A stretch of DNA of 34,505 nucleotides from Welwitschia mirabilis (taxonomy: Eukaryota): NCBI GenBank assembly GCA_051453625.1, contig JBOZIK010000001.1, positions 38,174,628 through 38,209,132 of the forward strand, read 5' to 3'. Positions 25,911-34,505 of the stretch are shown one piece after another. The notes beneath the pieces are model-generated. The model saw only the letters and a program-made list of their open reading frames with translations. It was not told where the DNA came from and ran no database searches. How positions within the stretch are numbered: position 1 is the stretch's first letter; each line of letters starts with the position of its first letter. A program made the position numbers and the translations under genes.

Positions 25911-27440
25911 GTGATACAAGCATAGCTAAATTAAATTAAAAATACTACTATGGCCATCTTCTTATATCCTTAAGCCATGTTTCTTTCTATTTATACTTCT
26001 TTCTTGGTTTTCTTTATGGTATGTATGAGAAAAAGAATTTCGTTAATAAGCTTTGTGATATATGTTAGAAGAAGAATGTCCATCAATAATAATAGAAAGT
26101 CATTTCAACCATTAGAAGCTTGAAATAAGTGTAAATAAAAAACTAATAAAATACTTTTCAACTTAAAAAGTATGCCTCTGATGTGAATTCCTCTACCTCT
26201 AAGGGATACAAAAACTCTTACTTTCAAATCTTACCTACTATCTCTCTAAAATTATTACCTTAATTTACACCTAAAGATTCCATTAAAATAAAGTTTTAAA
26301 TGAAAAGATACTAAAGAAGATAGTAGTAATGCTTGTTTTCGAGACTAAAAGCTTATAAAAACACATGGATCAAATTCAAGGTATATGACTTCTTCACTAT
26401 TGCAGATAGTTTTTGTACATGGGATATTGACATAAGGAAATTGAGGTTATTAACATAGCTATTAAAATAAAACATTAAATGTCTCTTAAATTTCATATGA
26501 AAAAAAGGCCTATAGGGTTAAGGGATTATTACCTTTCAAAAATTCAATGGAGAATTAATTTTTCCTACCTATGCTAAGCTTTTTTAGGAAATCCCATTAC
26601 CTATTCCTAGCTAATGTTCTCATTCATGTAATTTGAATGGTGGATCTATAGATAAAAATTCCCTTACTTCTTTGATTTAAGTGAATAAAAGTATAGCACA
26701 AGAACCTTTCATTTTTATTATGTTGGACATGGTACATGCAATCAAAATGGTATTTGTGAATGTAAACTTGATTATACTAGAATAGATTATTTGACTACTA
26801 CATGTGTTAAGTAACGTAGTTTTGATGGAAAGTAATCTAGTGTTTACCGAAGAATGAAAGATGTAGATTTTGTAGTGTCTAGCTTCCTAATGAATGTGCA
26901 AAAATTGAATTTATGGCATGACATGTCTTACATCTGAAAGTTATCATTTTAATCAATATTTATATTGTTCCAAATGCATATTTAGAGTACATAGGAGTAG
27001 AAAATATGCTTATACTTATTTGCAAGACAAAGAAAGAGGTTGCAACACTTAAATAGAGTGATTTCACAAGAACATTAGATGTAGGAATTGGTATTTATTC
27101 CTTAAATTTGAACATGGATTACAAATTATTGGTAAATTTTGAATTATTTTTCTTAAAGATATAGGATCTTATAATGGTATGTGTATGAATGATTCATAAT
27201 GCAAATTTAATATGTAATTAAATAATTTGGAGATATTAGTATTGATTCTATCATCAATATTCCTGAAAATCCTTTTTAAATTTAATATGTTATTTAGTAT
27301 TTTATTTAAGGTTTTAAAATTTATTAAAAAATATTTTTCCATAATGATGAAACAGGTGTTAAATCAATTATGTATATCATATTCTTACCATGTAAATTCT
27401 AACCAAATAAAATTCTAGATAAATGCTTTGATGATTTGAC

Positions 27441-28520
27441 TATTTACTAGGGACTAGTGAAGTTCGGGCTTGGGGGAATGATGAACATAAATTATATTTA
27501 AAATAATATATTTTTGTGCATAATTATATGTTAGAAACATAGGTATTAATATTTAGCTTACATAAATAGTAGCAATTATGCTTCTTTTATAGGCATTATG
27601 TTGGAACTATGATTTAAGTTATGATCTTGATTATAATGCATAACTTTAATAATTAATAAAAATAAGTCTTATCCTCTTGCAAGTTTATGTGCACTTGGAG
27701 CATGATGACAAGTGTCACAAAGACTATTAATGGATTGAACATGGTAAGAAGAAAAATGAATCCATTACATGTAAATTTCACATGGTTAGTGGAGGCAAAT
27801 CTAGAAATGAAAAAAAAAATCTATTTAAACTCCACTAGATCCATGCCTATCAAGTGACAACCTACTTCCTTAATATAAGAGAAAGTATCACTCATTCTTG
27901 TACAAGTTTCCTCCCTCTAACTATGTTAAAACTTGTACAAATACAACTCATATCTATTATTAGGAGATCTTTTAACACACTTTGCATAACCTTAGAAAGT
28001 TCCAATAAGCCCAAGATTACCATTAGAATACTCTTCTTCATTTTAGCTATGACTTGCAAAGGAAATACTTCTAGTAACTAGGTCAGTCCATTTGCTTTCT
28101 AGCACAAAGTGCTGATGTTCTTGGTGGGAAGTTGTTATGAAGGCACGTCATGATTCGGGAGTTTATTTATCATAGTATAAATATTACATTTCTAAAAATT
28201 TATGTTTATATGATTTTATTTTACCATTTGTTACATATTTAAGAACTAAAAAGGTATCTTCTAGAATGTTATTTTACATTTTTTACATGTTGAAAAGTAT
28301 TGTTAACTATTATAATACTTGAAAAACTAAGATTTTATTTCCTTTTACTCCTATATCTATTATTGAATAGGTATTTGGGATATAGCATTACCTTAAAATT
28401 GTACTATCCATCATTATTTTGTTACTTTTTCTTATGTTACATAACCCCAAAATCATTTATTTTATGTATATAGTTAGTTAGATAAACTAATATAGTATTT
28501 TGTTATTATAAGAGTTAATC
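27441..28520 (+). mobile_element. Athila-type PPT plus LTR remnant
   Basis: TTTACTAGGGACTAGTGAAGTTCGGGCTTGGGGGAA followed by TGATG (LTR start 27479) is the typical Athila PPT/3' LTR junction. Right end uncertain. Confidence 0.65.
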
Positions 28521-28559
28521 TTAACAAGTTTTATAGAAGCATGAACTTTTTTCTCATTT

Positions 28560-29350
28560 TCTAAATTAGTTATTTTAGCTTATTTTATGGCAAATAATTC
28601 TTTAACATTTAGGCAAAAATAATAGTCTTAAATATATCACCCCTTGAACATGTGTAGGAAGTCATCCCAAGATATTTCAGTCTCAAGATCCTTGAAATTT
28701 ATAGATTCAACTTTCCTTCATAAAGTAGCATTACCATCTAGTTTTAGAATTGTTAGCATTACTTTCTTCATTTGGTCTTAAGTTTACTTTTAAAAAATGT
28801 ACATTTAATTTGGTTATTCGAGCCTCATCTATTGTAAGATCATCACTTTTTCAAAACTTTGGTTAATAAAGATTTTGAAACCCAGCCATTATATCTCTAG
28901 GTATTGTCCCTTAATCATGAATACATTAGAGGATATCTACTAAGTGACCTAAAGTATCCTCTTGAGTAGAAGGATGATGCCCCTTTTGAGATGCCATAAA
29001 TACCTTAATAGTAGTCATTATTAAGTTAGCTAAAAATGGATCATAACCAAAGCTCTAATACCAAGGTGTAACACATTCATTCTATAATTTTCCCCTAAAG
29101 GGTTAAGTATGTTACAAGAATACAATTATGTGAATTTACTTTCTACAAGAAGTTATTTTTACTGACCTTAATAATAAAACTAAACATAGACTTTATATTT
29201 CAAATTAAACTAAGTCCTTTAAGGTGTCCCCTTAAACAAAATATTTCTATGATAGACTTATGAGATCAAGACTATAACAACAGCTATTACTCAGTACCTT
29301 TACTCATTTTTGTATCATAAATAAACATATATACATAGAGGAAATATATA
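28560..29350 (-). mobile_element. Met-primed Ty3/gypsy (Tekay/chromovirus-like) remnant: LTR end, PBS, gag fragment
   Basis: PBS TGGTATTAGAGCT (29051-29063, minus), LTR terminus TGTAACAC at 29067, gag KKVMLTILKLDGNATL*RK...EISWDDFLHMFK (~28640-28775). LTR extent unknown. Confidence 0.75.
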
Positions 29351-30722
29351 CAAAATATAGACACACAGATAACCATTCTATAAATATAAACTATGAAAAA
29401 AAGAGAGGATGAAGATAAAGAAGATCAATTCAATAAAAGTGTAGAGCAATCAATCTAATAATAGCAACTTATTATTAGGATTCATTTCATATCTAAATCC
29501 TTATAAACAACTATTCATATATTATATTTACAATTCATGTTATTAGCAGAAGAAGTACATGTGCGTAAAACACATATGCATTGCACATTTTGATGTACTC
29601 TCATAACTTCATTAACATATTTATATTTTCTATAATCATCAAAGTTAAATTTATGATATGATGTATGATTGAAGTTATACATCTTTATTTCTTTCCTCAA
29701 GTAATTAATAATATTTACACTTCCTACTTCTTATAAAAATGTTCTATGACATTGTATAGAAAAATTCTAACTTGATTAACATTTTTATAGATTATGTATA
29801 ATATTATTTATATGAATTGATATGTAAATAACTAGTTTTAAGTATTTCTTTATAAGAATTTGATGCATTTTTGTCATGTGAACTAGCTTCCTTCTTCAAG
29901 TTCACAAAAAGTAACATGCTATTTTGAATAATAAATAGATTGAATTATGCAAATTTTTAGCATTGCATTCTTACTCCTAGAAGATGATAGTGAAATTGTT
30001 ATACAAGAAGAAAATGTGCATGGATATCAGTATTTGGTGAAAACTATATGGGAATCTTTAATTAATTAGTTGTTTTCAATAAAACTGTAAATCAATTATT
30101 GAATGAAGAGAAAGGTGATAAAAAATTAACTTCCTTAAATGAAAACACATTGATATTAAAAATTTTATTTGAAGAGTCATTCAAGTTTCATATAATTGGT
30201 GAATGGAAATAAAATAGTATAGAGTATTCTTATTTGACTAACATACATAAACGTAAAAATCACATATACACCATGCCATAAAAGGTTTTGGAAATAACTT
30301 TTGTAAAATCTAAACATGTATTATGTATTTATATTCCATCGACGCTAACATGGTATATAAAATGTTTTTTTGATGTTCATGTTTGGAATAAGAAAAGAAA
30401 TGTCATATTAAATCTCTTACGATATGACATAATTATTGCCCCTCCTCTATGTTTTGGCTTGTAAGAAAAATATCAATGTAATTCAATTTATATATAAGTA
30501 TATTCATAATGTCATAAACTTTTAAAGATAACAAGATAATATGCCTTTCCAACCATAAAATAAGTGCTAAATTTCAATCTATCAAATATACAAAACAAAA
30601 AATTGTAATAACCGTACAATAAGGAATCTTGAATTTTAAATTTGTCATGACTGTACAACAGAGTATTACTACCACGATCACTCAAAGTAATGATCACGTT
30701 TCCACAATAAAACTAACTTATT

Positions 30723-30795
30723 TTTATTATCGCAAAAATAATAAAAAATACTCCATATCCCATTTGTGCATCACAGCACATTATTTTCTTTTATT
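30723..30795 (-). terminator. Candidate polyadenylation signals (AATAAA) in GLP 3' UTR
   Basis: TTTATT on + strand at 30790-30795 and 30723-30728, ~40 and ~110 nt past the stop. Weak evidence in an AT-rich background. Confidence 0.3.
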
Positions 30796-30834
30796 TGACC
30801 TCATGTATCATTGTATAGTGATCTGCTGCACAAC

Positions 30835-31500
30835 TTAAGATGCACTGAACTCCTTCCGGAGTCTGGCAATCTTTTGCCCGTCCAGCTTGAACGACTTTTT
30901 CAAAAGGTAATCAGGAATCGCAGGGGACACGCCGAACAGACTCAGAGGAAGAAGAGAAGTCCCAGGATTCTGACTGTTCAGAGCCGAAATGGATGCCGCA
31001 GGCCCATCTCCCACATTCAACAGAAAGTGATTCAGCCCGCGGGGGAACACAAAGATATCCCCAACGTTCAGAGTCTGCTGAAACAGCGTATTATTAGTAT
31101 CGATGAAGCCAACGATGAAGGGACCACCTTCCAGGACAAAAACGACCTCCGCCGCCCGCGGGTGACTGTGCGGAGCCACCACTCCGCCTTTTGCAAAGTC
31201 AATGCGCGCCATCGTAAGGCCTTGAGAGTTAACGCCAGGCAGATTCGTCGCTGATGTGGCTGTCACCACGCTCCCGAAAAGTGCGCTCGGAGAGGCGGCA
31301 TTTGCCAGCGCGGACGTTTTGAAGTCGGTTGCCGTTACGTCGCTGGGGTTCTTGCATGGCACGCCGTTTACAAAAATCCCAGTGTCGTTCTTCGCCACGC
31401 AGAAGTCCTGCAGCGGATCCGCGTCCGCGGCATTCACCGCCGCTGCCATCAACATGAGTACCGCCAGCACCATTAGCCATGCATTCAGCAGCTTCGCCAT
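30835..31500 (-). CDS. Germin-like protein (cupin_1 family), 221 aa, secreted, intronless
   Basis: Seen: in-frame Met at 31500 (aa 63 of the 283-aa ORF) begins a hydrophobic signal peptide MAKLLNAWLMVLAVLMLMAAAVNA. It is followed by ADADPLQDFCVA (germin box A), NGVPCK (C34/C49 disulfide pair), GGVVAPHSHPRAAE (box B: H111, H113, E118), GDIFVFPRGLNHF (box C: H158), SQNPG and LFG..PAIPD. No stops or frameshifts. Motif assignment is from established germin family knowledge. Confidence 0.96.
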   Translation of the reverse strand: MAKLLNAWLMVLAVLMLMAAAVNAADADPLQDFCVAKNDTGIFVNGVPCKNPSDVTATDFKTSALANAASPSALFGSVVTATSATNLPGVNSQGLTMARIDFAKGGVVAPHSHPRAAEVVFVLEGGPFIVGFIDTNNTLFQQTLNVGDIFVFPRGLNHFLLNVGDGPAASISALNSQNPGTSLLPLSLFGVSPAIPDYLLKKSFKLDGQKIARLRKEFSAS

Positions 31501-31548
31501 CTTTTGGTTTTGGTTTTGGTTGGATTGCGCTCCTGTGCGCTGGTTCGG

Positions 31549-31558
31549 CCTATTTAGG
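31549..31558 (-). promoter_or_regulatory. Candidate TATA-like box (CCTAAATA) of the GLP gene
   Basis: Minus strand reads CGCCTAAATAGG about 50 nt upstream of the ATG, followed by an A/C-rich leader (CAATCCAACCAAAACCAAAACCAAAAG-ATG) typical of a short plant 5' UTR. Function inferred. Confidence 0.5.
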
Positions 31559-32348
31559 CGCCCCGCGGCCAACGCGTTCGGTGACGGACTTGAATTAGGT
31601 GGCGTTCCCTTTTTGACGGAATATGCTGAAACTTTCAAACTATGGGATGGTCTTTCCGGTTTGCTTTGATTATGTTTGAAAAGCATCGTTGGTGTTGGTG
31701 TTTGGGGTGACGAGATCGGTTGACATGGCTTAGATAGTACGTGTGGGGTCTTGGGTGTTTGGTGTTGTATTAATTTATTAATTTTTGAAAGAAAGGCGTT
31801 GATATATAGGTCAGGTAAAGAAAGAAACCTTCATATTTGACCAAGTCCAGTCCAAGTTGGAGTGTCACAATAGTGTGTAGGAAAACACGGGTCTTGGCTT
31901 CTTCTCTAAGGAGTGAGAAGGATGGTGTTCATGGAAAAGAATGGTTTGATTTGTTCAATTGCTTGAGAGGAAAGGCTTTCCTAATTTTTCTCCTTTGAAC
32001 CATTGTGCATGCACTATGAATATTGGAATCCTATATTTATTAAAATTCATGTACATTTTTGTAAGGACGTTATGTTTATTGTTTGGAAATGGAAGGATGA
32101 TTTCCATGTTAATAACCATACGCACCAAATTCTTACTTACATGACTAAGCTTCCAAGACTACCTTTAATTTTCCAATCTTTAAAATGGAAAATCGGAATG
32201 TTTCATTCTAAAGACGAGGTTTTCACAAGAGGTGTTTCTAGAGAATTTTTTTTGTCAAGGTAGATCTAATAATTCGAAGGTTGGCTCTCTTATTAAAAAT
32301 TAGTGGTATGTCAAACCCCAATTTTCACAGTTGCAAAACTTCAAAACT

Positions 32349-32361
32349 AGCTCTGATACCA
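32349..32361 (-). promoter_or_regulatory. Perfect tRNA-iMet primer binding site of an LTR retrotransposon
   Basis: AGCTCTGATACCA = reverse complement of TGGTATCAGAGCT, 3 nt from a TG(TAGA) LTR terminus at 32365. Confidence 0.85.
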
Positions 32362-32698
32362 AAATGTAGAACCTCAAATGTAACACCCGCTTTTCTTATC
32401 ATAATCTTATGAACATTACTTATTTAGAAGGGATTAAATCCTCATTATTCCCCTATATCAAAAGAATTAATTAAAAACTACCTATACTATTGATAGAGAA
32501 TTTAATCTTTGTAATGTTCATCTCAAGAATTTGTAACTTTCTTTAATAATGGCTCTCTTTAAGGTGGGTCCTCTCCTCCATGAGGCCTTAATTGTTCCAT
32601 ATTTACCGTTATTGAGAAGGGCATGGTTGACAGCCTAAGTCTTACCGTGGGCACTAACCATTCATTTGCAATAAATTTTCCCCCTCCTCTCATAAACT

Positions 32699-33692
32699 NN
32701 NNNNNNNNNNNNNNNNNNNNNNNNNNNNNNNNNNNNNNNNNNNNNNNNNNNNNNNNNNNNNNNNNNNNNNNNNNNNNNNNNNNNNNNNNNNNNNNNNNNN
32801 NNNNNNNNNNNNNNNNNNNNNNNNNNNNNNNNNNNNNNNNNNNNNNNNNNNNNNNNNNNNNNNNNNNNNNNNNNNNNNNNNNNNNNNNNNNNNNNNNNNN
32901 NNNNNNNNNNNNNNNNNNNNNNNNNNNNNNNNNNNNNNNNNNNNNNNNNNNNNNNNNNNNNNNNNNNNNNNNNNNNNNNNNNNNNNNNNNNNNNNNNNNN
33001 NNNNNNNNNNNNNNNNNNNNNNNNNNNNNNNNNNNNNNNNNNNNNNNNNNNNNNNNNNNNNNNNNNNNNNNNNNNNNNNNNNNNNNNNNNNNNNNNNNNN
33101 NNNNNNNNNNNNNNNNNNNNNNNNNNNNNNNNNNNNNNNNNNNNNNNNNNNNNNNNNNNNNNNNNNNNNNNNNNNNNNNNNNNNNNNNNNNNNNNNNNNN
33201 NNNNNNNNNNNNNNNNNNNNNNNNNNNNNNNNNNNNNNNNNNNNNNNNNNNNNNNNNNNNNNNNNNNNNNNNNNNNNNNNNNNNNNNNNNNNNNNNNNNN
33301 NNNNNNNNNNNNNNNNNNNNNNNNNNNNNNNNNNNNNNNNNNNNNNNNNNNNNNNNNNNNNNNNNNNNNNNNNNNNNNNNNNNNNNNNNNNNNNNNNNNN
33401 NNNNNNNNNNNNNNNNNNNNNNNNNNNNNNNNNNNNNNNNNNNNNNNNNNNNNNNNNNNNNNNNNNNNNNNNNNNNNNNNNNNNNNNNNNNNNNNNNNNN
33501 NNNNNNNNNNNNNNNNNNNNNNNNNNNNNNNNNNNNNNNNNNNNNNNNNNNNNNNNNNNNNNNNNNNNNNNNNNNNNNNNNNNNNNNNNNNNNNNNNNNN
33601 NNNNNNNNNNNNNNNNNNNNNNNNNNNNNNNNNNNNNNNNNNNNNNNNNNNNNNNNNNNNNNNNNNNNNNNNNNNNNNNNNNNNNNNNNNNN
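32699..33692. other. Assembly gap
   Basis: Run of N. Confidence 1.
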
Positions 33693-33969
33693 CCAGAACC
33701 ATAAGTTTAACAACATGATATTACAAATCTAAGAAAAGATTGATCACGACATAGCATCTCGATAAGACTTCAAAAGAGATTACAAGATGAGTACGATGGA
33801 TTTAATCATGAGTTTTCATCTCATACAAGAAGGTAATTTCAAGATATCGAGGAAAGGTACATGAAGATAAAATATGCTTCAACACAGAGTTTCTCTTATT
33901 CAAGCAGTATAACTGACTTACATGAAATACATACGCATCAATCTCAATAAACAAATGAATATGAGAGGA

Positions 33970-34150
33970 CCATCAAGAAAATACAAGAAAATAAAACCAA
34001 TACACAAACATGACGATTTCAATACAAAATGCATAAAAAGAACTAGCAAGGAAGCAAAAAATTAAAGAACCATACATAAACATGATGATTTCAATATAGA
34101 ATGCATAATAAATAACCATCAAGAAAATACAAGAGTATAGAATCATACCC
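33970..34150. repeat. Degenerate tandem repeat, ~72-74 bp unit, ~2.5 copies
   Basis: CCATCAAGAAAATACAAGA at 33970 and 34116; CATGAYGATTTCAATAYARAATGCATAA at 34009 and 34081. Confidence 0.8.
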
Positions 34151-34505
34151 ATAAGTTTGTTGTTTGAAGACCTTTCAAATTTTTCAGAGCTTCTAACCTC
34201 CTAAGCTCCAATTATTTCATAGAACAAGAATGTTTTTGGGATACTAAAACTAGACTCAAGAAAGGAAGGACTTATATTTAAAGTCAGAGAACATGAGTAA
34301 GGTAACAAAACTCAAGAATATGAAAGGATACAACATGAGGCGACAGTTAGAAGAGGGGTTACATAATGTCTCATAAATGATTGCTTAGCCACCAAGTGCT
34401 TTTAATAATATAATTAAGATAATGCTTCACATTTAATAATAAGAAAAAGCAATAAATAACATGTCTCCATGTATACATTCAATTACATAAGTAAATAAAA
34501 AATAT

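Larger units (their letters stand above)
32365..34505 (-). mobile_element. Gypsy LTR sequence(s) spanning an assembly gap
   Basis: LTR-type termini TGTAGA (32365), TGTAACACCC (32379) and GGGGTTACA (ends 34363); non-coding; ~1 kb gap inside. Confidence 0.55.

Noticed and set aside
29067..29116. 50-bp unit with TGTAACA...TGTTACA inverted ends, resembling a tiny LTR or MITE
   Set aside because: No TSD; such short inverted echoes are common near gypsy LTR termini.
27227..30838. Short AT-rich ORFs (27227, 27854, 29515, 30512, 30629)
   Set aside because: Composition expected from random AT-rich DNA; no domain motifs or splice evidence.
30835..31500. Horizontal transfer or contamination suggested by the GC contrast
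   Set aside because: The protein has plant-type germin boxes and a signal peptide and is contiguous with plant-like UTR and promoter sequence without an intervening gap.
30811..31669. Antisense and alternative-frame ORFs 30811-31254, 31256-31669 and 31229-31480
   Set aside because: Shadows of the GC-rich GLP coding sequence; no recognisable motifs.
31501..31686. 62-aa N-terminal extension of the 283-aa ORF
   Set aside because: The signal peptide begins at Met 31500; the extension spans the putative TATA/5' UTR and is low complexity (NQNQNQ).
19511..33732. Long poly-X ORFs at 19511-20050 and 32559-33732
   Set aside because: Artefacts of N gaps.

Overview
AT-rich, repeat-dominated land-plant genomic DNA from a draft scaffold (N gaps at 4425-4434, 12107-12116, 16226-16235, 19514-20037, 23496-23505, 32699-33692). 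Most of the window is decayed, nested LTR retrotransposon sequence. Two related Sirevirus(SIRE)-like Ty1/copia elements face each other tail-to-tail (~445-3860 +, ~3870-9923 -); the second keeps an env-like extra ORF but has lost INT/RT/RH. An Athila-like Ty3/gypsy gag-pol on the - strand (~10450-18750) has its RT split by a ~3.8 kb insertion of a related gag-protease element. Further Athila integrase/LTR remnants (+) and Met-primed gypsy remnants (-) follow. The only intact host gene is an intronless germin-like protein (cupin) gene at 30835-31500 (-), a GC/CpG-rich island inside CpG-depleted TE debris. I see no convincing novel multi-gene system; the most interesting points are the atypical germin-like protein, its TE context and the TE architecture. 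TE boundaries were read by eye and are approximate.
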